Shown: positions 1-11,967, counted from the first letter of the stretch. The stretch is DNA of 64,000 nucleotides from Dongia sp. (GCF_041918875.1 NZ_JAYRUV010000015.1:28139-92138); one strand, 5' to 3'. Notes: a model not told the origin generated them from the sequence alone. Numbers and translations: made by a program.

Positions 1-1
1 G

Positions 2-274
2 AGCGGCGACAAGAACCAGTATGGGATCCAGGTCGGCGCCTATTCGAAGTTCAAGCCGGCGCAAAAAGCCGCCGAACGCGCCACCAAGGCCGTTCCGACG
101 CTTCTTGCCGATACGCGTATCGTCATCGATCGCGGCAACAGCAGCATCTACCGCGCCCGCGTTTTCGGCCTCAGCAAGGCCGATGCGGATACCGCCTGCA
201 AGAAGCTGAAGGCCAAGCAGACCGACTGTCTGGTCGTGAAGGCCGATAGCAGCATCGCCCAGACTGCTCAGTAA
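2..274 (+). CDS. 3' end of a SPOR-domain protein (likely D-alanyl-D-alanine carboxypeptidase or septal protein C-terminus), truncated by the window edge
   Basis: Frame 2 reads SGDKNQYGIQVGAYSKFKPAQKAAERATKAVPTLL...IYRARVFGLSKADADTACKKLKAKQTDCLVV, stop TAA at 272-274. IQVGAY and YRAR..G....A..AC..L....DC are SPOR hallmarks. Absent from the ORF track because it has no start in the window. Confidence 0.8.
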   Translation, partial: SGDKNQYGIQVGAYSKFKPAQKAAERATKAVPTLLADTRIVIDRGNSSIYRARVFGLSKADADTACKKLKAKQTDCLVVKADSSIAQTAQ

Positions 275-299
275 GATAGGCGGCTCAGTAAGATTGGCG
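266..299. repeat. 17-bp tandem direct repeat (1 mismatch) overlapping the SPOR gene stop
   Basis: gctcagtaagataggcg (266-282) followed by gctcagtaagattggcg (283-299). Confidence 0.85.
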
Positions 300-302
300 G
301 CC

Positions 303-1649
303 TCAGCCGCGCTGGAGCGATTCCAGCCGGTCCAACAGGCTGTAATATTTGCTGAGCGCGAAGACGCCTGCCTTGCGCAATCCGTGCAGGCGGAAATGAT
401 CCGGCGCGGTTATGGGGAAGGGTACCTCCGCGGCGGCGGCGCCACTGGCCAGGTCCGCCAGTATGCGTCCCATCATCGTGCAAACCGCGACACCACGCCC
501 ATTGCAGCCCATGAAAGAGATCAAGCCGACCTCCGGCATGTGAATGTGCGGCAGCTTGTCTTTCGAGATCGCGACCTTGCCGCTCCAGACGAAGTCGACC
601 TCCCCCACCTCGATCTGCGGGAAGATTCGGGTCACCGCCCGCCTCAGCGAGACGGCATCTGCCTTGTCTGGACGATCGTCGACGGGCGAACGGCCGCCCA
701 TGACGAGCCGACCGGTATGGTCGCGGCGGAAATAGAGCAGCAGGCGCCGCGAATCCGTGACGCCAAGTCCCTCGGGAAGGATCCCATCATATTTAGCGGG
801 AAGCGGGGGCGTCGCCATCTGAAAGCTGGCAACGGGCACGATGCTGCGCTCGATTCCAGGAATCAGCTTGTCGCCATGCATTCCGGTGTAGGCATTGGTC
901 GCCAACACCAGGCGCCTCGCGCTTATCTTGTATGGATCGGCCTGAAGCTCCCACCCCTTCTCGTCGCGGCGCAATCGGTGGACCGGAGTCCTGGCAAGGA
1001 TCGTGGCACCCTCGCGCATCGCCGCCGCCGCGAGGCCCCGCGCATAGCTGAGCGGCTGCAGCGTGCCGCCGCGCCGGTCGAGCCAGCCGCCGACATAGGC
1101 CGTCGGCGCTGAACCGATCAAGGCGCCGATTTCGGCTGCACTCAGCAGGTCGCAATCGACGCCCAAATCCCGCCACTGCCGATAACGCGGCTGAATCAGA
1201 TCCCGGTAGGGCTTCGGCCCATGCGCCGCCTGCAGCCAGCCGCCTCGCCGCGCATGACAATCCATGCCATATCCCTGGATGAGATCGAATACGAGATCCG
1301 CCGCTTTTCCCATGGTCCCGGCCATGCGCGCGCCAAGATCGGCGCCAAAAAGGCCGATCAATGCCAGCGGATCGGTCTTGAGGCCGGCGATGACCTGGCC
1401 GCCATTCCGTCCGGCAGCACCCCAGCCCGGTTCGGCGGCCTCGGCAACGATCACGCGCTGCCCACGCAAAGCGAGATGCAAGGCCGTGCTGAGCCCCGTG
1501 AATCCGCCACCCACGATCGCCGTATCACAGATCATGTCTTCGCGCAGACGGGCATAGTCCGGCGCCGGACATGCCGTTGCCGCCCACAGACTGGCGGGCA
1601 GCCGCGTATCGGCACTGCGGGAAGAGACGCTCTGCCGCGACATATTCAT
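303..1649 (-). CDS. FAD-dependent oxidoreductase, DAO/PuuB-like family
   Basis: IVGGGFTGLSTALHLA dinucleotide motif, GWGAAGRNGGQ, LQPLSYARGLA, GCNGRGVA. Confidence 0.85.
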   Translation of the reverse strand: MNMSRQSVSSRSADTRLPASLWAATACPAPDYARLREDMICDTAIVGGGFTGLSTALHLALRGQRVIVAEAAEPGWGAAGRNGGQVIAGLKTDPLALIGLFGADLGARMAGTMGKAADLVFDLIQGYGMDCHARRGGWLQAAHGPKPYRDLIQPRYRQWRDLGVDCDLLSAAEIGALIGSAPTAYVGGWLDRRGGTLQPLSYARGLAAAAMREGATILARTPVHRLRRDEKGWELQADPYKISARRLVLATNAYTGMHGDKLIPGIERSIVPVASFQMATPPLPAKYDGILPEGLGVTDSRRLLLYFRRDHTGRLVMGGRSPVDDRPDKADAVSLRRAVTRIFPQIEVGEVDFVWSGKVAISKDKLPHIHMPEVGLISFMGCNGRGVAVCTMMGRILADLASGAAAAEVPFPITAPDHFRLHGLRKAGVFALSKYYSLLDRLESLQRG

Positions 1650-1664
1650 GCGGGCGGCGAGCTA

Positions 1665-2834
1665 TCAGTGCCAACCGGTATAGACGTTGAATCCGCGTTT
1701 CCGTATTTGCCCGCCGACCACGACGCGCTGGATTTCCGAGGTGCCCTCCCAGATACGGTCGACGCGAATGTCCCGATAGAGGCGTTCCACCGGATTCTCG
1801 CGCATGTAGCCGCGGCCGCCCAAGACCTGCAGGGCCTTGTCGATCACCCGGCCGGCGACCTCGGAACAGAACAGTTTCAGCGCGCTGGCATGCGCGTGGA
1901 TGCGGCTGCGGTCGGCGCCGCTGTCGATCTCCCATGCCACGCGATAGAGCATGGTCTTGGCGGCAAAGAGTTCGACGGCCATATCGGCCAGCATGAACTC
2001 GACGCCCTGGAAATCGCGGATGGGCCGATCGAACTGATGGCGCGTCGTGGCATAGTCATTGGCTATTTCGGCGGCGCGCGTCGCTGCACCGAAAGCATGC
2101 GCAGCAATCTGCAGCCGGGCCTCGACGAACCAGTCTTTCGTCATTTCGAGCCCCTGCCCGATCTGCCCCAGCAATTTGTCCTCGGCGATCTCCGTTCCCT
2201 CGAAACGCAGTTCGGCATGGTCGAAGGCGAAGTTGTGCATGAACTTGGGCGAGCGGATATGCGTCATGTTGTTGACCGGCTTGTCGACCAGGAACAGGCT
2301 GGGCTTGTTCGGATCGCCGTCGACATGCGCATGAACGATGATGAAATCGGATGCATTGTAGGACGTCACAAACCACTTCTCGCCGCTGAGATGCCACTTG
2401 CCGTTCTTCAGGGTGGCAATCGTCTGCACCCGGCGCGGGTCGGATCCGGCTTCGGGCTCGGTAATGGCGAAACAACCCCGGCGCTCGCCATGGATCGACG
2501 GTCTCAGATATTCCTGCTTTTGCGCATCGGTGCCGAATTTGAGGCTGACCGGCGGCCGCCAGACGCAACTCCACAGACCGTTGGTGACTCGCCCCAATTG
2601 CTCCTCGATGACGATCTGCTCGACCATCGTAAGGCCAAGCCCGCCATGCTCCTTGCTGTGGTTGATACCGGCAAGACCCCAATCTCGGACGGCCTGCCGC
2701 ACGGCGGGGCGCTTCTCCATCGGCAACTCGCCATGCTCGTCCGTGACTTGCTCAAGGGGGATAAGTACCTCGTCGCAGAAGGCCCGCCCCTTGGCTGCAA
2801 GTTCCTTCTCCTTCGGCGTCAGCTGCAGGTCCAT
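1665..2834 (-). CDS. Acyl-CoA dehydrogenase family protein
   Basis: FAITEPEAGSD, LSGEKWFVT, QFDRPIRDFQGV, LQVLGGRGY, RIWEGTSEIQR. Confidence 0.92.
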   Translation of the reverse strand: MDLQLTPKEKELAAKGRAFCDEVLIPLEQVTDEHGELPMEKRPAVRQAVRDWGLAGINHSKEHGGLGLTMVEQIVIEEQLGRVTNGLWSCVWRPPVSLKFGTDAQKQEYLRPSIHGERRGCFAITEPEAGSDPRRVQTIATLKNGKWHLSGEKWFVTSYNASDFIIVHAHVDGDPNKPSLFLVDKPVNNMTHIRSPKFMHNFAFDHAELRFEGTEIAEDKLLGQIGQGLEMTKDWFVEARLQIAAHAFGAATRAAEIANDYATTRHQFDRPIRDFQGVEFMLADMAVELFAAKTMLYRVAWEIDSGADRSRIHAHASALKLFCSEVAGRVIDKALQVLGGRGYMRENPVERLYRDIRVDRIWEGTSEIQRVVVGGQIRKRGFNVYTGWH

Positions 2835-2951
2835 GTCTCGATCTCCCCCTTTTTCCGGTCAGGAGGCCCCGCTGAGGCTCAAGCCCACGCCCCCCTCGCC
2901 TCCCTGTGTCCATCGGCCAAGGTAGCAGTCTCCGAAGGGATCGCTATCTCC

Positions 2952-3896
2952 TCAATTATCAGACACCGCATGATCTGAAGTCATGAGCGCGTGCCTCAGT
3001 TCCTGCATCTCGGAAAGGAGCCAATCTCTTACGAGAATGGCGGGGTCGCGCAGAGGCCGGCGCGCCGTGGCAACCAGGAAATAGCCGTTCCCCGTCTTGA
3101 GAACGAAGGGTGCCGCCTGCACCAGTTCCTTTTGCTGCAGCTCGTGGGCGACGACATGCCCCCAGCCCAGGGCAATTCCGCGCCCGCCGAGCGCCGCCTG
3201 CACCACCAGCGAATAGTCCGAAAAAGTGAGGTTCCGCCCCGCGAACTGCGCCGGATAATTCGCCTCCGCCAGGAAACGCTGCCACGGAATGCGGGTGCTG
3301 CCGGACAGATGGACCAGGGTGTGCCGCGACAGATCGGCGTCGCTGCCCAGCGCGCCATGCGATGCCAGATAGGCCGCGCTGCAAACGGCCATCACCGTCT
3401 CCTCCATCAGCAGCCAGCTGTGATGATTGGCATCCTCGGGCAGATTGTAGCGGACCGCGAAATCGACATCCTCGAACGGGCCGGTCGGCTCGCCGCGCAC
3501 CAGCTGAAAGCGCAGGTCGATCGATGGGAACTCCGCCTGGAAGCGCTCGAGGCGCGGCATGAACCAATGCATGGCAAAGGCGGCGGAGAGCGAGATCGTG
3601 ACCGTGCCACCGGCGCCGTGCCGCGCACGGATACTTTCGATCGCCATCTCGATATGCTGAAAGCTGCCGGTTACGGCATGATAGAGTTCCCGCCCGTCCT
3701 CGCTGAGTTCGATACCGGTCGGCGTCCGAATGAACAGCTTCGACTCGATATGCGCCTCCAGGCGCCCGATCATCCGGCTGACGGCCGATTGCGTCACATT
3801 CAGTTCGAGCGCCGCGCGCGTGAAGCTCATGAGGCGCGCCGCCGCCTCGAAGACGAACAGGGCATTGGCCGACGGCAGAGAGCGCCTGAGTGTCAT
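2952..3896 (-). CDS. LysR-type regulator (GcvA-like)
   Basis: LPSANALFVFEAAARLMSFTRAALELNVTQSAVSRMI HTH followed by a substrate-binding domain. Confidence 0.92.
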   Translation of the reverse strand: MTLRRSLPSANALFVFEAAARLMSFTRAALELNVTQSAVSRMIGRLEAHIESKLFIRTPTGIELSEDGRELYHAVTGSFQHIEMAIESIRARHGAGGTVTISLSAAFAMHWFMPRLERFQAEFPSIDLRFQLVRGEPTGPFEDVDFAVRYNLPEDANHHSWLLMEETVMAVCSAAYLASHGALGSDADLSRHTLVHLSGSTRIPWQRFLAEANYPAQFAGRNLTFSDYSLVVQAALGGRGIALGWGHVVAHELQQKELVQAAPFVLKTGNGYFLVATARRPLRDPAILVRDWLLSEMQELRHALMTSDHAVSDN

Positions 3897-3925
3897 TCAG
3901 TATATCCCCTGCTGTCCCCCACGCC

Positions 3926-5452
3926 TCAATCTCCGAGAAACAGGCGATAGACCGGATTGAGCGTCTCATCCTCGTAGGGATAGCCGAGCTGGGTCAACTG
4001 CGCCGCAAAGCGGGCACGTTCGGTCGGCTGCACCTGCAATCCGGCAAGCACGCGGCCGTAATCGGCGCCATGATTGCGGTAATGAAACAGGGTGATGTTC
4101 CATTCCGTGCCTACGCCGTTGAGGAACTTCATCAGTGCACCGGGCCGTTCCGGAAACTCGAAACGCAGCACGACCTCGTCCTTCAGACCCGGTACGCGGC
4201 CGCCGACCATATAACGGATATGCAGTTTGGCCGTTTCGTTGGCACTGATATCGAGCACCTGATAGCCCAACCCCCGCAGTTCAGCGAGAAGCGCTGCCTT
4301 CTCCACGCCTTCGCCGCGCAGCTTCAGGCCGACGAAAACATGCGCCTCACCGCCCGCGGCGAAGCGATAGTTGAATTCGGTGATGTTGCGATTCCCGAGG
4401 ACCTCGACGAAACGGCGATAGCTGCCTTGCCGCTCGGGGATCGTAACCGCCAGCAGAATTTCACGCGCCTCGCCCACCTCCGCGCGTTCGGCAACGTGGC
4501 GCAGCCGGTCGAAATTCATATTGGCACCGCTGTTGATGGCGATGAGCGCGCCGGTGCGCACGGGATTGGCCACGGTATAAGCCTTCAGCCCGGCCAGCGA
4601 CAAGGCGCCGGCCGGTTCGGCGATAACACGCATATCCTCGAAGATGTCCTTTACCGCCGCGCACATCTCGTCGGTATCTGCCAGGAGCACATCGTCGAGC
4701 AAGGTACGGCAAATCCGGAAAGTCTCCGCGCCGGCCTGCCGCACCGCAACGCCGTCCGCAAAAAGCCCGACGCGGTCCAGCACGATCCGTTCGCCAGCGT
4801 CGATTGCCGTCTTCATCGACGCGGCATCGACGGGCTCCACCCCAATGACCTTGATTTCCGGACGCAGGAACTTGACATACGACGCGATGCCGGAAGCCAG
4901 TCCGCCGCCGCCAATGGGCACAAAGATCGCTTCGATCGGGTCGGCATGCTGTTGCAGGATCTCGACACCGATCGTCCCCTGCCCCGCGATTACATCCGGA
5001 TCGTCGAACGGATGAATGAAGGCAAAGCCTTGCTCTGCCTCCAGCGCCTTGGCGTGGGCGTAGGCATCGTCGAACGTGTCGCCCTTCAGCACGACCGCAC
5101 CGCCCCAATGGCGCACCGCATCGATCTTGATCTGCGGCGTCGTCACCGGCATCACAATCGTGGCCGCGATACCGAGTTTCTGTGCAGACAGCGCCACGCC
5201 CTGGGCATGATTGCCGGCAGAGGCGCAAATGACGCCGCGCGCCCGGGCCTCCGCCGGCAGGCGCGCGATACGATTGTAGGCGCCCCGAATCTTGAACGAA
5301 AAGATCGGCTGCAGATCCTCCCGCTTCAGAAGGATATCGCTTTTGAGGCGGCCGCTGAGGCGCGGCATGGCATCGAGCGGTGTCCGCGACGCCACATCAT
5401 AGACGCGGGCATCGAGAATGCGGCGGACGTAATCGGTCACGACGCCGCCCAC
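3926..5452 (-). CDS. ilvA: Biosynthetic threonine ammonia-lyase (start may be the GTG at 5440)
   Basis: KREDLQPIFSFKIRGAYN PLP-lysine motif, SAGNHAQGVA, C-terminal ACT-like regulatory domains (FPERPGAL, FHYRNHG). Confidence 0.96.
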   Translation of the reverse strand: MGGVVTDYVRRILDARVYDVASRTPLDAMPRLSGRLKSDILLKREDLQPIFSFKIRGAYNRIARLPAEARARGVICASAGNHAQGVALSAQKLGIAATIVMPVTTPQIKIDAVRHWGGAVVLKGDTFDDAYAHAKALEAEQGFAFIHPFDDPDVIAGQGTIGVEILQQHADPIEAIFVPIGGGGLASGIASYVKFLRPEIKVIGVEPVDAASMKTAIDAGERIVLDRVGLFADGVAVRQAGAETFRICRTLLDDVLLADTDEMCAAVKDIFEDMRVIAEPAGALSLAGLKAYTVANPVRTGALIAINSGANMNFDRLRHVAERAEVGEAREILLAVTIPERQGSYRRFVEVLGNRNITEFNYRFAAGGEAHVFVGLKLRGEGVEKAALLAELRGLGYQVLDISANETAKLHIRYMVGGRVPGLKDEVVLRFEFPERPGALMKFLNGVGTEWNITLFHYRNHGADYGRVLAGLQVQPTERARFAAQLTQLGYPYEDETLNPVYRLFLGD

Positions 5453-5525
5453 TTCCTAGCGCACATGGCAAGCCTCTCTCGCAGCATGATTTGCCGGAGA
5501 GAATAGTGTGCGATTTCGAGCGCCG

Positions 5526-6545
<1,020 letters not shown>

Positions 6546-6751
6546 CCGACTGCTGCTCCTCCAGGCTCAAACGCCGCCTGCCCGGCAGGATAGCAAGCCG
6601 CAAGTGCCCGCCAGCACGTTCAATTGGCCGGGGGCGCATGTCCGGGACGCAAATCCGTCGTTGGATCGGGGACATATGCGATTTCGGATGATAAACTGCC
6701 TCGACTCGAAAAAGACCAAGCTCGAAAAATGCCATCCAGGTGTCGGGGGAT

Positions 6752-9070
6752 ATGAAGCAGATCGAGATCCGCTTGGCCGTGGTGCTCTATGGCGGCGTAT
6801 CCTTGGCCGTCTATATCCATGGCGTCACGCGGGAGCTTCTCAATCTCATCCGGGCCTCCAAATTGCTGCACGCCGAAACCGAGGAGGCGGCGGAGGCGCC
6901 GGACAGCACCGCGGTCTATCTCGACCTGCTGAAATCGTTGGCGCCGGAGATCGATCTACGGATCGTCATCGACCTTATATCCGGCGCGTCGGCCGGTGGA
7001 ATCAATGGCGTGATGCTGGCCCGCGCGCTGGCCCATGACCTGCCGCTCGATTCGCATCGGGAACTCTGGCTGCAGAATGCCGATGTGACCCAGCTGTCCG
7101 CCCCGGCCAGCCTGGTGAGCCGGACCCTCAAATCCGCCATGGGTCCGATGATCGACAACGTGCTCACCCACCGTTTCGGAACGCAAGTGGCCGATCCCGA
7201 GACTCTCTCCAAGGTGCGCCGCTTTGTACAGGCCCGCTGGTTCACGCCGCCTTTTTCCGGCCCCCGCTTTGCGGGATGGATGCTGGACGCCTGCGACAAT
7301 ATGGATGCCGGCGCCGGTACCGGGACCAGCCTCCTACCGCCCGGCCATCGGCTCGATCTTTTTGTCACGGTGACCGACTATCGCGGGCACCATCATCTCA
7401 TCGCGCTGCACGACCCGCCGGTGGTCGAGGAGACGGAGCATCGCCGCATTCTCGCTTTCTCCTGTCGCCGCGCCCTGTCGGGTGAATTGCAGAGCGAGTT
7501 CGGCCCCGGGCACGTGCCCTCCCTCGTCTTCGCCTCGCGCGCGACGGCCTGTTTCCCCGGTGCTTTCGTACCGGCAACGGTAGCGGAAATGGATGGGATC
7601 CTTGCCGAGCGCGGGCGCGCCTGGCCAGCGCGAACGGCCTTGCTGGTCGACAAGCTGGGCGTCGACGGCGATCTCGACCAGGCTGCGGCCAACCGCTTCT
7701 TCATCGACGGCAGCGTCGTCATGAACAAGCCTTTCTCGCCCGTCATTCATGCTCTGGGCGACCGGCCGGCGAGCCGCGAAGTCGTGCGCCGCATCATTTA
7801 TGTCGACCCCAATCCACGCAATGGCGGGCGCCAGCGCTCCGGCGAGGGCGCGCCGGGTTTCTTCCGCACCATCCTAGCTTCCCTCGCCGTCATCCCACGC
7901 AACGAACCCATCGCCGACGATCTCCTTGGCATCGAGGCCTGGAATGGCCGGGCGCGGCGCATGGCCGAAATCCTTGCCGCCGCCGATCCGGAAGTGGAAC
8001 GGCTGGTCGACGACATCGTCCAGGCCGACCCCAACAATCCGCCCACGATCGCCGAGGTCGGCCGCTACCGATCCGCCGCCAATGAAGCCGCGCATCGGGG
8101 AGCCGGCTATGCCTATCTCAGTTATCAGAAGCTGAAACTACGCGGCGTCTGCGACCGTCTGTCGAAACTGGTGGCGGAACTGGCCACCGCCCCGGAAGCA
8201 CCTGTGAGCCGCGAAGTCGTCAGCGCCGCCTTCGACCGCTGGCTGGCTGGCGATACCGAGCCGCCTGCCCGGACGATCCGCTTTCTGCGCGGCTTCGACA
8301 TCGAATTCCGCCTGCGCCGCATTCGTTTCGTTATCCGGCGGCTGAACGAACTCTACCGCTCCGCCGACGAGACCGGCGTCGATGTCGGCTCCGCCGCAAT
8401 CGATGACCTCAAGGGCGCGCTCTACGAGGCGATCGAGCGTGCCGCGCCCAGATGGGACCCGACCAGATATACCGGAACGCCAGTCGCGGCGGCAAAACGG
8501 CTGGCCGCCGCGGCAAAGGCCGGCCGGGAGCTGGACAGCGCCGATCTCGCCGCGATGGAGGAAGCCTTCGGCCTGATCCCCATCGATCATTCGCTCGACG
8601 AGATTATTTCGGTCATGGGTTTTGCCTTTCTGCCGCCGGTTGCGCGGCGGGCTGTGGCGAAAGCCTATGTCGGCTTCGCCTTCTTCGACTTGATCACCTT
8701 CCCCATCCTGCAATGGACGGATATGGATGAGATCAACGAGGTGCTGGTCGACCGCATCAGCCCGGACGACGCGCGGAGCCTGGGCGACGTCACCCTGCGC
8801 GGCACGGCCTTGATGAGCTTTGGCGCCTTTTTCAACCGCTCATGGCGCGAGCATGATTTTCTCTGGGGGCGCCTCAATGCCGCGGAACGCTGCCTCGACG
8901 TCGTTACGTCGGCCATCGGCAGCCGTGCCATGGCCACACTCGATATGGAGCGGCTGCGCGGCCGCTTGTTCCTGGCCATTCTGGACTCAGAGGAAGCACA
9001 CCTCAACGCCGATCCGGCACTAATTCCGCGCCTGCGGCGCGAAGTCATGGCGCGATACGGATTCGAGTAA
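6752..9070 (+). CDS. Patatin-like protein with DUF3376-type C-terminus
   Basis: [26 protein letters not shown] nucleophile elbow, [22 protein letters not shown]-terminal [19 protein letters not shown]; GGGGA RBS before ATG 6752. Confidence 0.85.
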   Translation: MKQIEIRLAVVLYGGVSLAVYIHGVTRELLNLIRASKLLHAETEEAAEAPDSTAVYLDLLKSLAPEIDLRIVIDLISGASAGGINGVMLARALAHDLPLDSHRELWLQNADVTQLSAPASLVSRTLKSAMGPMIDNVLTHRFGTQVADPETLSKVRRFVQARWFTPPFSGPRFAGWMLDACDNMDAGAGTGTSLLPPGHRLDLFVTVTDYRGHHHLIALHDPPVVEETEHRRILAFSCRRALSGELQSEFGPGHVPSLVFASRATACFPGAFVPATVAEMDGILAERGRAWPARTALLVDKLGVDGDLDQAAANRFFIDGSVVMNKPFSPVIHALGDRPASREVVRRIIYVDPNPRNGGRQRSGEGAPGFFRTILASLAVIPRNEPIADDLLGIEAWNGRARRMAEILAAADPEVERLVDDIVQADPNNPPTIAEVGRYRSAANEAAHRGAGYAYLSYQKLKLRGVCDRLSKLVAELATAPEAPVSREVVSAAFDRWLAGDTEPPARTIRFLRGFDIEFRLRRIRFVIRRLNELYRSADETGVDVGSAAIDDLKGALYEAIERAAPRWDPTRYTGTPVAAAKRLAAAAKAGRELDSADLAAMEEAFGLIPIDHSLDEIISVMGFAFLPPVARRAVAKAYVGFAFFDLITFPILQWTDMDEINEVLVDRISPDDARSLGDVTLRGTALMSFGAFFNRSWREHDFLWGRLNAAERCLDVVTSAIGSRAMATLDMERLRGRLFLAILDSEEAHLNADPALIPRLRREVMARYGFE

Positions 9071-9072
9071 TC

Positions 9073-10005
9073 CTATGAAGGCCGTTCAGCCGCCCATAGG
9101 GCGACGGTAAGCGAGTCGCCGGCGAGGTGCCGTGGCGGCAAGGGAAGCAATCCCGCCGCGCGGCACCATGCAGTGACCTGCGCATCGTCGAAGCCCAGCC
9201 AGCGATGCGCCTGCTCCTCGCGCAGCTGCTCCAGCCGATGCGTGACGAAATCGACGATGACCATCCGCCCGCCTTGCGCCAGCACACGCGCCGCTTCGGC
9301 GATGGCGGCGTCCGGCCGGTCGGCGAAATGCAGCACCATGTTCATCGTGATGGCGGCAAAGCTCGCATCCTCGAACGGCAGCGCGAACATGTCGGCCTGG
9401 CGCACCTGGCAATGCCTGAGGCCGGCGCGGAAGAGGTTGGAACGCGCGACATTGAGCATCTCGCGCGAGCGGTCGACGCCGACCGCCGATAGAGCGCGCT
9501 TGCCGACCAGCGACAGCACGTGGCCGGCACCGGTGCCGATATCGAGCAGGCTCTCGATCGGTGCTGCCGGCAGGGCTGCCAGCAATGCCGCATCGACCGC
9601 CGCCTGATCGGCGTGCAATGAGCGGATTTGTTCCCAATCGCCGGCATGCTGGCGGAAGAAATCGGCGACACGCGACGTCCAGCCTTCCGATATGGCCTGC
9701 AGCCGCTTCAGATCCTGCGCGTGCTGCCGGTCATCGGACGGCAACAGGTCGACGATGAGACGCGCCAATTCACCGCCCACACCCTCTTCGGGCAGGCGAT
9801 ACCAGGCCCAGGGGCCCTCCTGATTGCGCACCAGGACACCCGCCTCGACCAGCAGTTTGAGGTGCCGGGAAATGCGCGGCTGCGACTGGCCGAGAATTTC
9901 GACCAGATCGCTCACCGTCAGCTCGGCATGGGCGCAAAGGCCCAGGATACGCAACCGCGTTGCCTCGGCCGAGGCCCGCAAGCCCTTGAGAATCTCTTCC
10001 ATCAC
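9073..10005 (-). CDS. ArsR-family HTH fused to a SAM-methyltransferase-like domain (SahR-type methionine/SAM-cycle regulator)
   Basis: ELTVSDLVEILGQSQPRISRHLKLL (ArsR) plus LLDIGTGAG, LREEQAHRWLGF. Confidence 0.85.
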   Translation of the reverse strand: MMEEILKGLRASAEATRLRILGLCAHAELTVSDLVEILGQSQPRISRHLKLLVEAGVLVRNQEGPWAWYRLPEEGVGGELARLIVDLLPSDDRQHAQDLKRLQAISEGWTSRVADFFRQHAGDWEQIRSLHADQAAVDAALLAALPAAPIESLLDIGTGAGHVLSLVGKRALSAVGVDRSREMLNVARSNLFRAGLRHCQVRQADMFALPFEDASFAAITMNMVLHFADRPDAAIAEAARVLAQGGRMVIVDFVTHRLEQLREEQAHRWLGFDDAQVTAWCRAAGLLPLPPRHLAGDSLTVALWAAERPS

Positions 10006-10025
10006 TTCCCCGCTACATGGCGGGG

Positions 10026-10041
10026 ATAATGATATTTTTAT
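10026..10041. promoter_or_regulatory. Putative SahR-type autoregulatory operator
   Basis: Imperfect palindrome ATAATGATATTTTTAT 20 bp upstream of the ArsR-methyltransferase gene, resembling the ATAAAGATATCTTTAT-like box recalled for this family. Confidence 0.5.
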
Positions 10042-10089
10042 GCGCTTATCCTTAGCAAGCCCGAAACGATCAGAGCTTTCCCGAACTGA

Positions 10090-10974
10090 TTATTGCTTCA
10101 GCGTGCGGGCGATCTCCGCGACGACCTGGCTGACGGCCTTGCCCAGGATCGGATGCGCCACGCCGAGGGCGATATTGGCCTCGATGAAGCCCGCTTTGTC
10201 GCCGCAATCGTAGCGCTTGCCTTCGAAGCGGAAGCCGTGGAACGGCACCTCGCCGATCATCCGCGCCATGGAATCGGTGAGCTGTATCTCGCCACCCGCT
10301 CCCGGCTTCTGCGCTTCAAGGTGATGGAAGATTTCCGGCTGCAGGATGTAGCGGCCGATGACGGCGAGGCGCGAGGGTGCGATGTCGGGCGCGGGCTTCT
10401 CGACCAGCCCCTTGACCTCGACCAGACCGTCCTTGTCGGTGCCCGGCTTCAGGATGCCGTAGCGGCTGGTATGCTCCTGCGCCACCTCCATGACGGCCAT
10501 GAGGTTGCCGCCGACCTTGCGATAGACGTCGGCCATCTGCTTGAGGCACGCGACCTCGCCATGAACCAGATCGTCGGGCAGCAGCACCGCCACCGCCTCG
10601 TCCTTGATGAAGTGGCGGGCGCACCAAACCGCGTGGCCCAGGCCCTGCGGCTCCTGCTGGCGGACATAGGCGATGTTGCCGGCCAGCGGCAGCATCTTTT
10701 TCAAGAGTTCCAGCTCCGCCTTCTTGCCGCGGCGGTTCAGTGTGTCTTCGAGCTCATAGGAATGATCGAAATGGTCTTCCATCGCCGACTTGCCCCGGCC
10801 GGTGACGAAGATCATTTCCTCGATCCCGGCTGCCTGGGCCTCTTCCACGGCATATTGGATAAGCGGCTTGTCGATGACGGTCAGCATCTCCTTCGGCATG
10901 GATTTGGTGGCCGGCAGAAAGCGCGTGCCGAGACCGGCCACTGGAAAGATTGCCTTCTTGAGGGGTTTGATCAT
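10090..10974 (-). CDS. galU: UTP--glucose-1-phosphate uridylyltransferase
   Basis: KAIFPVAGLGTRFLPATKSMPKEML, RQQEPQGLGHAV, VEKP, GEIQLTD. Confidence 0.96.
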   Translation of the reverse strand: MIKPLKKAIFPVAGLGTRFLPATKSMPKEMLTVIDKPLIQYAVEEAQAAGIEEMIFVTGRGKSAMEDHFDHSYELEDTLNRRGKKAELELLKKMLPLAGNIAYVRQQEPQGLGHAVWCARHFIKDEAVAVLLPDDLVHGEVACLKQMADVYRKVGGNLMAVMEVAQEHTSRYGILKPGTDKDGLVEVKGLVEKPAPDIAPSRLAVIGRYILQPEIFHHLEAQKPGAGGEIQLTDSMARMIGEVPFHGFRFEGKRYDCGDKAGFIEANIALGVAHPILGKAVSQVVAEIARTLKQ

Positions 10975-11132
10975 CCCGTTTCCCTTTGCTTGATGCATTG
11001 CAGCATTTCTGCCATGGCGCCCGAGCGGACATCAAGCCGGGGGCGCCGAAAAGTCGCGGATATTACCTAAACATCACGAGACGAACACAGAAGGCGGCGA
11101 TTCGTGCCCCGGTGGTGTGACTTTCACGAAAA

Positions 11133-11966
11133 CTAAACGGACGAGGAAGCATCGGCCTCGACCGGCAACAGATTGAGGGCTTCCAGCAGTTCGCGCACTT
11201 CCTGCCGCGCCGCCACATGGGACATGCGCCACTGCACCCCGGCATCCTTGCGCGATAGATCGAGCAAGGTGAGACCGCGCGGAAACAGTTCGCGGAAGAT
11301 GACGCGCTCGGTGAAACCCGGCGCGATGCGGAAGCCAATGCGCTTGGCCAACTGTTCCAGCAATTTGCCGATGTCGCGTTTGTTGCGCGCGTCGAGACTG
11401 GAGAGGCGATTGCGCATCACGACCCAGTCGATCGGCTTGCCGCCGGCCATCGCCCGGCGTTTCCTCTGCTCCCATACCGTCTCGGCATAGACGCTGGGAC
11501 GGCGGATGCTCGCCCCCTCATCCTCGATGCGGCCGAAAAGATCGAGGTCGAGGAAACTGTCATTCAAGGGCGAGATCAGCGTGTCGGCCCGGATATGCGC
11601 CGCCCGCGAGAGCGCGCTGTCGCTGCCCGGCGTGTCGATGACGATGAAGTCGTTGCCGGCAAGCTGCGCAATCGCTGCCGTCAGATTGGCCTCATCCTCG
11701 CGCGTCGCCGCGTCGCGGCTGTCGGCCTTGCTCTGATTGATCGGGATATGCTCCGGCATCGGCAATGGCGTCAGCATCGCTTCGGCCGTCTTGCGCCGGT
11801 TTTCCACATAGCGCGAGAGCGAGCCCTGGCGCGCGTCAAGGTCGATTGACCCCACGCGTTTGCCGGCCGCCAGCAACGCCACGATGAGGTGCATCGCCGT
11901 GGTCGACTTGCCCGATCCGCCCTTTTCATTGCCAAGGACGATGATATGCGGTCCCGATCTAGCCAT
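11133..11966 (-). CDS. mipZ: Division-plane positioning ATPase MipZ
   Basis: HIIVLGNEKGGSGKSTTAMH, PLNDSFLDLD, WVVMRNRL, ERVIFRELFPRGLTLLD, SHVAARQEVR. Confidence 0.92.
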   Translation of the reverse strand: MARSGPHIIVLGNEKGGSGKSTTAMHLIVALLAAGKRVGSIDLDARQGSLSRYVENRRKTAEAMLTPLPMPEHIPINQSKADSRDAATREDEANLTAAIAQLAGNDFIVIDTPGSDSALSRAAHIRADTLISPLNDSFLDLDLFGRIEDEGASIRRPSVYAETVWEQRKRRAMAGGKPIDWVVMRNRLSSLDARNKRDIGKLLEQLAKRIGFRIAPGFTERVIFRELFPRGLTLLDLSRKDAGVQWRMSHVAARQEVRELLEALNLLPVEADASSSV

Positions 11967-11967
11967 T

